Source: an uncultured Clostridia bacterium
Lineage (GTDB): Bacteria > Bacillota > Clostridia > Oscillospirales > CAG-272
Length of the DNA: 60,814 nucleotides
Direction: 5' to 3'
Assembly (NCBI GenBank): GCA_944384585.1
Contig: CALWTY010000006.1
Span: 1 to 60,814, forward strand
The notes under the pieces are model-generated. The model was not told the origin of the DNA and made no database searches. It saw only the letters and a program-made list of their open reading frames with translations. Positions 51,463 to 60,273 of this stretch are shown here, piece by piece; position 1 is the stretch's first letter, and the number at the start of each line of letters is the position of its first letter. Made by a program: the position numbers and the translations under genes.

Positions 51463-52782
51463 ATGAAGGCGGGCTTCATGACGCTCGGCTGTCGGGTGAA
51501 TCAATATGAGACCGAGGCGCTGGCCGAGCGGCTTGAGTCGATGGGCGTTACCCGCGGGGAATTCACCGATTTCTGTGATATTTATGTCATCAATACCTGC
51601 GCCGTGACGGAGGAGAGCGTTCGGAAATCGCGGCAAATGGTCCGCAGGACAAAAAAAAGAAACCCCTCCGCCTTTGTCGGCGTAATGGGCTGTGCCTCTC
51701 AGCTGGATACCGCCGCTTTTTCCGCCATGGAGGGGATCGCGTTCGTCTGCGGCACAAGAAACAAGGAGGAAATGGAGAAGGCGATCGCGGCGTTTTGCAG
51801 CGGGCTTTCCGATTCCCGATGCTCCGTCTCCGTCCGTGAGCCGGAGGGGGCGCTTCTCCCCACCTGCGCCGCACATTTCGAGCGTGCAAGAGCCTACGTC
51901 AAGATCGAGGACGGCTGTAACGGCCGGTGCAGCTACTGTGTGATCCCCTCCCTCCGCGGACGCGTTGTCATCCGGGAGGAGGAGGAGATTCTGCGGGAGG
52001 TGGAGCGGATTGCCGCAAACGGCTGTCGGGAGGTGGTGCTGACCGGAATCGAGACGGCGGCCTACGGGAAGGGACTGCCCCGTCTGATCGAACGGATCGA
52101 CGGGATCGACGGGATCTGCCGGATCCGCATGGGATCGCTCGAACCGTCCTTCCTCCGGGAGGAGCTGATCGACGGGCTTGCCGCGAGCCGCGCCCTTTGC
52201 CGGCATTTTCATCTGTCGGTGCAGAGCGGCTCCGACAGCGTTCTTTCGCGGATGCGCCGCAAGTACAATACCGCGACGATGGAGCGGAACATTGCCTGCA
52301 TCAGACAGAAGCTGCCCGGTGTCAATTTTTCCGCCGACGTGATCGTGGGATTTCCCGGCGAAAGCGAGGAAGAATTTGAACAGACCTGTCGCTTTGTCAG
52401 ACGGGTGGGATTTCTCCACCTTCATATCTTTCCTTATTCCCGACGCCTCGGTACGGAGGCGGCGCAGATGCCGGATCAGATCCCCGATTCCGTCAAAAGC
52501 GAAAGACTCCACCGCCTGGAGACCATCGCGGCGGAGGAAAAACATCGGATTCTCACGCGGATGCTCGAGGAGGGGGAGTCGGTCGAGGTGTTGATCGAAA
52601 GCTGCGAACGCGGGGAAATGACGGGGCATACCGGGAATTTTGCGGAATGCCGCATTCCGGTTTCCGATTCCGACAAGGGGGCTGCCTGCAGGGGAACGCT
52701 GCTGCGCGTCAAGCCGGAGCGGATTGACGGCGGGCTAATGATCTGCCGGATCGCGGAGGAAGCCGGGCGTTACCGCGGATGA
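51463..52782 (+). CDS. mtaB: tRNA methylthiotransferase MtaB
   Basis: TLGCRVNQYET, NTCAVT, CNGRCSYC, HIFPYSRR. Confidence 0.9.
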   Translation: MKAGFMTLGCRVNQYETEALAERLESMGVTRGEFTDFCDIYVINTCAVTEESVRKSRQMVRRTKKRNPSAFVGVMGCASQLDTAAFSAMEGIAFVCGTRNKEEMEKAIAAFCSGLSDSRCSVSVREPEGALLPTCAAHFERARAYVKIEDGCNGRCSYCVIPSLRGRVVIREEEEILREVERIAANGCREVVLTGIETAAYGKGLPRLIERIDGIDGICRIRMGSLEPSFLREELIDGLAASRALCRHFHLSVQSGSDSVLSRMRRKYNTATMERNIACIRQKLPGVNFSADVIVGFPGESEEEFEQTCRFVRRVGFLHLHIFPYSRRLGTEAAQMPDQIPDSVKSERLHRLETIAAEEKHRILTRMLEEGESVEVLIESCERGEMTGHTGNFAECRIPVSDSDKGAACRGTLLRVKPERIDGGLMICRIAEEAGRYRG

Positions 52783-52800
52783 AAACGAGCGGAGATCAGG

Positions 52801-53547
52801 TCAGTCGAATCTTGAACGGCGGGCTTCGATCTCCGCTTCCTGTTTGATCCGCTTGACCGTGAGGGCATAGCTTCTGATCCTGTTGTGACGGATCAGATAG
52901 AGGATGCCGTAGGCGAGAAGATAGAGCAGGCAGAAATAGATCGGGACGCTCATGAAGACCGGCGGGATGATGACAAGACCGATCGGGATCAGATAGTAGA
53001 GAACCGAGCTGCAGGGCGCAAACAGGAGATCGTCCGGGATGAACCAGAGCAGGGCGGGGAAATAGGCGGTCACAAAGCCCGACAGGGCGGCGACGATCTC
53101 ATAGACCCTCCCCTTGGCGCGGGCAGAGGTCTCGTGAACCACCGAATGAAAATAGAACTGACGGACGGCGCAGGCGGCAAGGAAGAAGATGACCGCCGCG
53201 GCAAGGGCGAAGAGTAGCGCAAGCAGGGTCTTTCGGAGACGGATATAGCCGCGGATCGATCTATCGGGATCGTAGCGGGGCTTTTCGAATTTCTGAAGCC
53301 TTGCGCCGATACGCTGGATCCGGTAGCCGAGGAAGAAGAGCAGCGCGGCGGTCAGCGCCGTACAGAGTAGAAGCAGGAAGGGGAGGAATTTCCCGTATGA
53401 CAGGGAGTCGATCAGCGCGGCGTCGTCCAGATATCCGACGAAAGCGCCGTACTGGATCGGCATGAAAATAACGCAGACCATGGAGAGAATCAATTTGCCG
53501 TCGGCTTTGGTGTTGTATTCCGGGATATCAAGTTCAATATCTTTCAT
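52801..53547 (-). CDS. Hypothetical multi-pass membrane protein
   Basis: About 6 hydrophobic segments; RBS AAGGAG; upstream TTGTAA-N17-TATAAT (53629-53601). Confidence 0.7.
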   Translation of the reverse strand: MKDIELDIPEYNTKADGKLILSMVCVIFMPIQYGAFVGYLDDAALIDSLSYGKFLPFLLLLCTALTAALLFFLGYRIQRIGARLQKFEKPRYDPDRSIRGYIRLRKTLLALLFALAAAVIFFLAACAVRQFYFHSVVHETSARAKGRVYEIVAALSGFVTAYFPALLWFIPDDLLFAPCSSVLYYLIPIGLVIIPPVFMSVPIYFCLLYLLAYGILYLIRHNRIRSYALTVKRIKQEAEIEARRSRFD

Positions 53548-53662
53548 GGCAAGCTCCTTCGGCGGGCAGAGTGTTTCCGACCGCTCCTTGATTTTTGTCC
53601 ATTATATCACAGCAAGTCAAGAATTACAAGAGGGCGATGAAAGAAAACGAGCAAATTGCAGG

Positions 53663-54394
53663 TCAGCGGCTCCGATGTCCGCGCCGCCCCGCGGGGAGCG
53701 CCTCCGCCGTCTTCCCGATGGGATTGCCGTCGAGCCTGAGCAGCAGGAATCGGTTCTTCTCGAAGCGGAGGAGCCCCTCTGCCTGCATGTGCCCCAGCTC
53801 GGAGGACATGGCGCTGCGATCCACCGAAAGGTAATCGGCAAGCTGCTGGCGGTTGTAGGGAATTGAGAATTCATTGCTCTTGTTGACCGTCGACTGTTCC
53901 GACAGAAAGGAGAGCAGTTTTTCCCGCGTCGTCCGCCGCGACAGATGCTCGCATTTGCGCTCGTAGGTCAGATTCCGGTCGGCCACGGCGGAGAGAAGAT
54001 TCTCGATCACCTTCTGATGGCAGCCGCAGTTTTCCGAGCAGGTGTGGCGAAGCCTTGCCACCGGCAGGAAGAGCGCTACGGTCGGCTCTTTGGCGACGGC
54101 GCCGAAGAGCAGCGCCTGCTCCCCCGCAATGGCGGAGGCTTCCGCAAAGGTATAGCCGGGCTTTACGTCGGTCAGAATGAAGTTGTTGCCCCAGAAGTCT
54201 TCCTTGACGATATGGACCTCTCCCGAGACCACAAGCCCGATCGAGGTGGGCTTTTCCCCCGCCCTCATCAGAAACTCCCCTTTGGAAAAGCAGCGGATGC
54301 TTGCGTTCATGCAGGTCAGCATTTTCTTGGTACAATCCGCCGGAATTCCGCAGAACAGCTCGGTGTTTTGCAGGTTTTCAAAAATTATTTTCAC
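53663..54394 (-). CDS. Crp/Fnr family transcriptional regulator
   Basis: cNMP-like domain; RQQLADYLSVDRSAMSSEL HTH; several Cys; GTG start inferred from GAGGG RBS. Confidence 0.88.
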   Translation of the reverse strand: MKIIFENLQNTELFCGIPADCTKKMLTCMNASIRCFSKGEFLMRAGEKPTSIGLVVSGEVHIVKEDFWGNNFILTDVKPGYTFAEASAIAGEQALLFGAVAKEPTVALFLPVARLRHTCSENCGCHQKVIENLLSAVADRNLTYERKCEHLSRRTTREKLLSFLSEQSTVNKSNEFSIPYNRQQLADYLSVDRSAMSSELGHMQAEGLLRFEKNRFLLLRLDGNPIGKTAEALPAGRRGHRSR

Positions 54395-54406
54395 TTTCGA
54401 TCCCTC

Positions 54407-54465
54407 TGTTGTATTTACAACATACATTTGTTTCCTATTATACTATAATAATAACAAAAAGTCAA
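54407..54465 (-). promoter_or_regulatory. Promoter plus palindromic operator of the Crp/Fnr gene
   Basis: TTGACT-N17-TATAAT (54465-54437); TGTTGTA-TT-TACAACA at 54407-54422. Confidence 0.65.
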
Positions 54466-54499
54466 TCCTTCTCCGTCGGATCGGAAGGGAAGCCCGCCG

Positions 54500-54961
54500 T
54501 TAGTTCTCCTCTTCCGTGGGATCGAATTCAACGTACATCTGGCGATAGGCCAGCGGCTTGAAGCCGTAGGAGGCGTACAGCGCGGCGGCGCGCGTGTTTT
54601 CCTCCTCTACCTCCAGGCGGAGTCTGGCCGCGCTTTTGCCGTAGCGCCCGATCAGGAACTCGAGAAAGCTTTTTCCGAGTCCCTTTCCGCGGAAGGCTTC
54701 ACGGATGTAGATTTCATCCAGCCAGACGACGCTGCCTCCCGCTTCCTGGGAGAAACTCTTGGTCAGCAGCGCATAGCCTGCCGGTTTTCCCTCGCACTCG
54801 ATGAGATACCCCTCAAGATACCGATCGGAGGAGGTCAGCTCCTCAAAGGCGCGGTCGATATAGCCGTCGGGAATAGGGTGCAGAACGGCGGGGGAATGAT
54901 AGAATTCCCCGGCCAGCGTTTTGTAGATGCTCTCATCGGTTTTTTTGATTTTTCTGATCAT
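54500..54961 (-). CDS. GNAT family N-acetyltransferase
   Basis: FRGKGLG, N.RA..LY...GF. Confidence 0.88.
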   Translation of the reverse strand: MIRKIKKTDESIYKTLAGEFYHSPAVLHPIPDGYIDRAFEELTSSDRYLEGYLIECEGKPAGYALLTKSFSQEAGGSVVWLDEIYIREAFRGKGLGKSFLEFLIGRYGKSAARLRLEVEEENTRAAALYASYGFKPLAYRQMYVEFDPTEEEN

Positions 54962-55161
54962 AATGTTTCCTTTCGGGAATAAAATGTGGCTGCCAATACT
55001 GTACCATATATTTGTTAACAAATCAAATCCTTTTTCCGCTTCCGTGTCGAATTTTGCCGGAATCGGAGGGACGGGAGCGAGGCGGAGAATTCGGCCGGGC
55101 GCGGTCGGGAGACAGGAGCGGCGGAAGCCGGTTCCGGGATATTGCGAAGGAGGAGTCTGGA

Positions 55162-55860
55162 ATGAAGGATGCAGAAAACGGCGGCAATTGCCATGCGGGT
55201 CACAGAAAACGGCTGAAGAAACGGTTTCTTGATGAGGGGCTTGAGAACTTTCAGGATCACAATATTCTGGAGCTGCTGTTGTTTTATGGCATTCCGCGTA
55301 AAGACACTAACGAGCTGGCGCATACGCTGCTCCGACGGTTCGGCTCTCTGTCGGGGGTCTTCGACGCGGATTTTGATATTCTGACCTCGGTCAACGGGGT
55401 GAGCGAGAATACGGCGGTGCTGCTCAAGCTGATTCCGCGGCTGGCAAGAGCGTATCTGTTGGATCATCACACACGGACCACGCAGTTCGGCAGCATCGGC
55501 AAGCTCGGCCATTATCTTGTGAACTACTATGTCGGGGAACAGAAGGAAAAGCTGACGGCGCTGTATTTCAACAGCCGCATGGAGCTGCTGGATATGGTCA
55601 CAATCAGCGTCGGGACGGTGATCTCAACCGAGATCCCGGTGAGGAGGATCGCGGAGGTCGGGTTCGCCAAGAACGCCGCCTATCTGATCCTGGCGCATAA
55701 CCATCCCGACGGGAATCCCTATCCGTCCCAGGAGGATATCCTGCTGACAGAGCAGGTCGGGGAGCTGTTTTCCAATCTCGGAATGCCGCTGCTTGAGCAT
55801 TTTGTCATCGGAGACGGCGGCTATCGCACCATTTGCTCCGGCGCGATTCCCGAGTTTTGA
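55162..55860 (+). CDS. radC: RadC/JAB-domain protein
   Basis: GHRKRL, ELLLFYGIPRKDTN, AHNHPDG. Confidence 0.88.
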   Translation: MKDAENGGNCHAGHRKRLKKRFLDEGLENFQDHNILELLLFYGIPRKDTNELAHTLLRRFGSLSGVFDADFDILTSVNGVSENTAVLLKLIPRLARAYLLDHHTRTTQFGSIGKLGHYLVNYYVGEQKEKLTALYFNSRMELLDMVTISVGTVISTEIPVRRIAEVGFAKNAAYLILAHNHPDGNPYPSQEDILLTEQVGELFSNLGMPLLEHFVIGDGGYRTICSGAIPEF

Positions 55861-55890
55861 GATCGCTTGAACGCCCTTCCGCCCGGTTGG

Positions 55891-56742
55891 TCAGAGGGGA
55901 CGGAGATTTTTGAGGGACAGATCGAGGATATGAGCGGAATGGGTGAGCGCGCCGCTTGAAATATAGTCCACCCCGACGGCGGCAAGGGACGCGAGGCTTT
56001 CGACGGTGATATTGCCGCTGCACTCCAGCTCCGCTCGTCCCGCCGTAACCGCAACGGCCTGCCTGATCTCGTCCGGGCTCATGTTGTCGAGCATGATGAT
56101 GTCGGCGCCGGCCTCCAGCGCCTCCTTCAGCATCGGCAGGCTTTCTACCTCGATCTCGATCCGATGAACGTGCGGCGCATATTCCCTTGCCAGACGGATT
56201 GCCTCTGCCACTCCGCCCGCGGCGGCGATGTGGTTGTCCTTCAGCAGGATGCCGTCGCTCAGATTGAAGCGGTGGTTGTGCCCGCCGCCCATTCTGACGG
56301 CGTACTTTTCAAGAAGGCGGAGCCCCGGCGTGGTTTTGCGGGTGTCGAGCAGACGGGTACAGCTGCCCTGCAGGATCGATACGGCGGCAGCCGTGCAGGT
56401 TGCGATGCCGCTCATCCGCTGCAGAAAATTCAGCGCCGTGCGCTCTCCCGAAAGCAGGATGCGGATATCCCCGCGCACCGTACCGAGGCGCTGACCCTTC
56501 CCGACCCGATCCCCGTCGCGGCAGGTGAAGTCCGCCTCTGTTTCGGGATCAAGCAGCCGGAAGACTCTTGCAAAGACGGAAAGCCCTGCAATCACGCCCT
56601 CCCCCTTGCAGATCAGATCGGCTTGTCCGGGGCGTCGGCAGGGCATGACGGCGTTGGTGCTGATATCCTCGCCCGGAATGTCTTCCCGCAGGGCGCGCAG
56701 AATCAGATCGTCAATATGAAGCTTTTCGGAAACGGGATCCAT
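55891..56742 (-). CDS. nadC: Quinolinate phosphoribosyltransferase
   Basis: DTRKTTPG, LKDNH, IMLDNM, ISSGALTHS. Confidence 0.95.
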   Translation of the reverse strand: MDPVSEKLHIDDLILRALREDIPGEDISTNAVMPCRRPGQADLICKGEGVIAGLSVFARVFRLLDPETEADFTCRDGDRVGKGQRLGTVRGDIRILLSGERTALNFLQRMSGIATCTAAAVSILQGSCTRLLDTRKTTPGLRLLEKYAVRMGGGHNHRFNLSDGILLKDNHIAAAGGVAEAIRLAREYAPHVHRIEIEVESLPMLKEALEAGADIIMLDNMSPDEIRQAVAVTAGRAELECSGNITVESLASLAAVGVDYISSGALTHSAHILDLSLKNLRPL

Positions 56743-56796
56743 AGTGCGTTCTCCTTTTCGGTACGGCTCCGCCGCCTTCCGGCAGCGGGGCATTTT

Positions 56797-56903
56797 GCTG
56801 TCTCCGCCGAAGGCGGGGGATTTTCGTTGTTCGCCGATGGCGGGGGGTTCGTTGTCTCCGCCGAAGGCGGGGGTTCGTTGTCTCCGCCGAAGCTGGCGGG
56901 GTC
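56797..56903. repeat. Tandem array of four 25-29 bp mini-hairpin repeats
   Basis: Consensus GTTGTCTCCGCC-GAA-GGCGGGGGTTC; no spacers. Confidence 0.85.
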
Positions 56904-56907
56904 TTGT

Positions 56908-58035
56908 TCAGGAAATACTGATCTCGACGCCGTTGACCTCCACGACGCCGTCGGCGCGGATGAGAATGAATTTCTGCCCGTCGATCACCCGTGTCTCGAT
57001 CAGCCCGGAGGCTTCGGGGGAGAGGCGGATGCAGACGTCGGGCGTTTTGACCTCAAGGCGGCGGGGATCGATGAGGTTTGAGGGATGGATCTCCGCCTTG
57101 CTGCCGAAGGCCCGGTCAAAATTTTCTTCAAACGCCTCGATCCGTCCCTCGTCGACGCCGCAGCTCTGAAGAACCTCCCCGACCGTGGTCTTGGAGATGA
57201 CGACAGGCTCTGGATCCTTCAGGGCCTTGTGTTCTTCCATGATCCCGGTGAGCTTTTCCTGCACCGAGCAGACCACCTCCAGGCTGCATTCGTCGGAGAC
57301 GGCGTCGCGGAGCAGTGTGCCGAAGCTGTGCTTCTGCTCGGCGGCAGGCATCGGCGGGGCAACCTTGAACAGCGCTTCGATCAGCTCGGCGTGATTGTCG
57401 GCGGTGTTTTTGGAATAGTAGAGAGCATTGTAGATGTTGGAGGTTCTTCCGTCAAAGGCGGGGAAAATAAAGCCAAGCTCCGGCGGTGCGATCACCCAAT
57501 CGGGCGTGACGTTCCGGAAGCGGTTTTCCGGGATGTAATAGCCGAGCGCGGCGCGGGTCATGCGGATCGGGCAGATGCAGCAGAGAAAATAGGAATAAAC
57601 CGAGGAGGAATCCTCCGCCTTGCTGCCGTCGGAGGAATAGGAGGGGACATCGTAGCGGTCGGCAGCCAGCAGGATCAGATAGCTGCCCTCGATCACAAGC
57701 GATTCTCTGATGATGTCGAACAGCTTGCCGACGGCTTCATCGTCCGAGAGGGCGGAGTTTTTCAGCGCCGTGAGCAGCCGATGCTCGTCGCTGTCCAGCA
57801 CCTGATTGTTGGTGAAGGGGATGTCGAGGAGGTTTTTGCCGGCTGTGCCCGACAGGGTCTTTTTGAGGACGGCGAAAATTTCCTCCGTCTCCTCTGCCGA
57901 CATCAGCGCGACCGATTGGTCAAATCGGGAGAGAATTTCCTTTTTTTCGTTGATATAACAGCCTCGGATTCTTGTGATATTGCTCTTATCGACGCGAAAG
58001 CGTCTTTTGATCTCGGATATTTCTTTTTCGTTCAT
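56908..58035 (-). CDS. DUF4317 family protein
   Basis: MNEKEISEIKRRF, KKTLSG..GKNL, GFIFPAF..R...I, VEVNG; promoter TTGAGT-N17-TATAAT (58125-58097). Confidence 0.82.
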   Translation of the reverse strand: MNEKEISEIKRRFRVDKSNITRIRGCYINEKKEILSRFDQSVALMSAEETEEIFAVLKKTLSGTAGKNLLDIPFTNNQVLDSDEHRLLTALKNSALSDDEAVGKLFDIIRESLVIEGSYLILLAADRYDVPSYSSDGSKAEDSSSVYSYFLCCICPIRMTRAALGYYIPENRFRNVTPDWVIAPPELGFIFPAFDGRTSNIYNALYYSKNTADNHAELIEALFKVAPPMPAAEQKHSFGTLLRDAVSDECSLEVVCSVQEKLTGIMEEHKALKDPEPVVISKTTVGEVLQSCGVDEGRIEAFEENFDRAFGSKAEIHPSNLIDPRRLEVKTPDVCIRLSPEASGLIETRVIDGQKFILIRADGVVEVNGVEISIS

Positions 58036-58171
58036 GGCATTTCCGTCCTGCCGGAATACAGGACATCCTTTCTGAGAAGTGTGACGATACTCTGCTATTA
58101 TACCATTTCCGCAGGAGGAACTCAAGTCTTTTTTTGTCGGAGGGCAGGATAGAAAAATTTCCGAAAACCTA

Positions 58172-58200
58172 TTGACAAAGCGCCGCGGTTGTGATATAAT
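58172..58200 (+). promoter_or_regulatory. Consensus sigmaA promoter of the tRNA pair
   Basis: TTGACA-N17-TATAAT, extended -10. Confidence 0.88.
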
Positions 58201-58220
58201 ATCCTCCGTTGCAGGGAAAT

Positions 58221-58309
58221 GCCGGAGTGGCGGAACAGGCAGACGCCCGGGACTTAAAATCCTGTGATACGAAAGTATCGTACCGGTTCGAGCCCGGTTT
58301 CCGGCACCA
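58221..58309 (+). tRNA. tRNA-Leu (TAA)
   Basis: Cloverleaf, anticodon loop CTTAAAA, long variable arm, GTTCGA, encoded CCA. Confidence 0.95.
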
Positions 58310-58337
58310 GATTTTTTCTTTTGTTTCAATATCATAT

Positions 58338-58414
<77 letters not shown>

Positions 58415-58445
58415 ACAAGTAGCACCGAAAAAGATATCGGGGCTG

Positions 58446-58682
58446 AAAACCCAGAAACCACAACGGTTTCTGGGTTTTTTCATGCCGATTTTTAAGGTGG
58501 AATTCAAAAGATATCATTTCCCCAAATCGACCTTTGGGGAGGACTTGAACTAAATTCATAGGGTTTTAGGGGCAGATTTTACGATTGATTTCGTAAGGTC
58601 TGCCCCTTTTTTCGTTTTTCTAATTGTTAAATGTTTGTGTTCTCGGAGGTTGCGCATAAATTGTATGCGCAACCTCTTTTTT
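58446..58682 (+). terminator. Cluster of four hairpins, three followed by T-runs
   Basis: Stems at 58446-58478, 58519-58540, 58568-58607 and 58646-58676. Confidence 0.75.
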
Positions 58683-58845
58683 CGTATATAGCGCATTTTG
58701 AGCGTTGATATAAATCTGATAACGAAAGACTAACTATTAAAAGTCAAGTCCCAATTTCGAGATGAAGCAGAAAAGCTCCTGCCGCAAAATAGCATGACAA
58801 GTAGAGCGTCGCTGGCGGCGCTCTGAAAAAAGATTGTCGTGGTTG

Positions 58846-60021
58846 TTAAGCTGACTGTCTATATGGTTGTTGGGACTTCTCCATGGCATAGATCAATCGC
58901 AAAAGTTTCTTGGCAGCATGAGATATGGCAACGTTGTAATGTTTCCCCTCGGTTCTCTTTTTGGCGAGATAGGCAGCGAAAGACGGATCCCAATGGCAGA
59001 CATACTTGGTTGCATTAAAAATGGCATAGCGCAGGTATTTGGAACCACGTTTCTCCATGTGGGAATAGCAGTTTGTAAGCTGTCCTGACTGGTAGGTAGA
59101 CGGTGACATGCCGGCATAAGCCAGAATCTTATCGGCAGAATCGAAGTTGGAGAAGTCACCAACCTCAGCCAGAATCATAGCTCCCATTCGGGTGCTGATG
59201 CCAGGAATTGTAGTAATAGGAGAGTGAATTTCATCCATTATGGAATTGATTTCTTTCTCAATTTCTTCAATCTCCCCATCTAACTCCCGGATGAGCCGAA
59301 TGGTATGCTTCAACTCCAGGGATTTGGCGGGCATTCTGGAGCCGATGGAGTTTCTGGCAGCATCCCGAATCTGAACTGCTTTCTCCCGGTCATAGCGGCC
59401 TTTAGAAGCATCTGACAGCACGGACTTCAAGTGAGTCAAGTGTGCGGTAGAAATCTGATGTGCTCCGGGAAACTCGCTGAGAAGTGCATAAACAGAAGCC
59501 ATATGAAGTGTTGGCACCAACTTTTCCAGCTCTGGAAACAAAATACAGACCAGCCGGGAAACAGAGCATTTCAGCTTTGCCCGCTCACGAATTTTGTCAA
59601 ATCTATATCTTGTTAGTGACTTTAGCTCTTCGTTGTGATATGATGTATCTGTGTAGGGCTTGAGGTCCACATCAGACATGAGCATAGTTGCGATGGTTCG
59701 TGCATCGATCCGGTCGGTCTTGGTTTTGCGAAGGCTCAGACTTTTCCGGTACAGGTTGGTGTGCAATGGGTTTATGACATAGGTTGGCAGGCCACAGTCA
59801 AGAAGGAACCCAAGAATGTTGTAGCTGTAATGTCCGGTAGCCTCAAGGCCTACTTTTATTTTATCTGCCGGACGAGTACAGCGGCGAATGGTTTGCAGCA
59901 GGATGCCAAAGCCTTCTGCGTTGTTAGGAATGGTGAAGACATCTGCCAGGACTTCACCTTCCGAGCTGAGGATGAAGCAGTCGTGCTTGTCCTTAGCAAC
60001 ATCGATACCCACACAAATCAT
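58846..60021 (-). CDS. IS110 family recombinase/transposase
   Basis: DEDD RuvC-like motifs GIDVAK, LEATG, KTDRID; C-terminal domain TIPGI, YQSG, KRGSKYLR; RBS GGAGG. Confidence 0.96.
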   Translation of the reverse strand: MICVGIDVAKDKHDCFILSSEGEVLADVFTIPNNAEGFGILLQTIRRCTRPADKIKVGLEATGHYSYNILGFLLDCGLPTYVINPLHTNLYRKSLSLRKTKTDRIDARTIATMLMSDVDLKPYTDTSYHNEELKSLTRYRFDKIRERAKLKCSVSRLVCILFPELEKLVPTLHMASVYALLSEFPGAHQISTAHLTHLKSVLSDASKGRYDREKAVQIRDAARNSIGSRMPAKSLELKHTIRLIRELDGEIEEIEKEINSIMDEIHSPITTIPGISTRMGAMILAEVGDFSNFDSADKILAYAGMSPSTYQSGQLTNCYSHMEKRGSKYLRYAIFNATKYVCHWDPSFAAYLAKKRTEGKHYNVAISHAAKKLLRLIYAMEKSQQPYRQSA

Positions 60022-60044
60022 AAGGAATACCTCCGGTATGTTTA

Positions 60045-60246
60045 TTTGATGCTGGTTCCACAGGACACTTTACTCTTGTAACCTTGTTCCACATAAACCG
60101 TCTGGCGGTATCTAACTGATTAACAATACTGTAAAGGGCTGTGGTTGGAGCCTTTCGTAAACCATCTTGTGGTAGGAGGAATGAACCAATCCACAGCATC
60201 CCTTACAGTGTAGCACATGTCCTTGGAGAGGGACAATAAAAACTAC
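60045..60246 (-). ncRNA. Putative IS110 bridge RNA (ends approximate)
   Basis: Long stem (60128-60148 with 60186-60209) enclosing an internal loop whose strands match the insertion site; a second region matches the element-end junction. Confidence 0.75.
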
Positions 60247-60273
60247 TACTCTATAATACAAGGAGTGGTGTAT

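Larger units (their letters stand above)
58727..60262 (-). mobile_element. Apparently complete IS110-family insertion sequence (~1.53 kb)
   Basis: Transposase; no terminal IRs; AAG microhomology (CT core on the minus strand) at 58726-58728 and 60260-60262; joining the ends creates TTGACT-N17-TATTAT. Confidence 0.85.

Noticed and set aside
45390-54490. GATCGGAAG in four intergenic regions (45390, 45568, 49471, 54479) as an uptake or REP motif
   Set aside because: Also occurs in coding DNA and GATC-containing words look common here; needs a k-mer enrichment test
56797-56903. Possible CRISPR array
   Set aside because: Units are directly adjacent with no unique spacers, and no cas genes are visible
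60207-60236. Internal minus-strand promoter TTGTCC-N18-TACACT in the IS110 end
   Set aside because: Weak match, and its start site would cut into the predicted stem; cannot be excluded without TSS data
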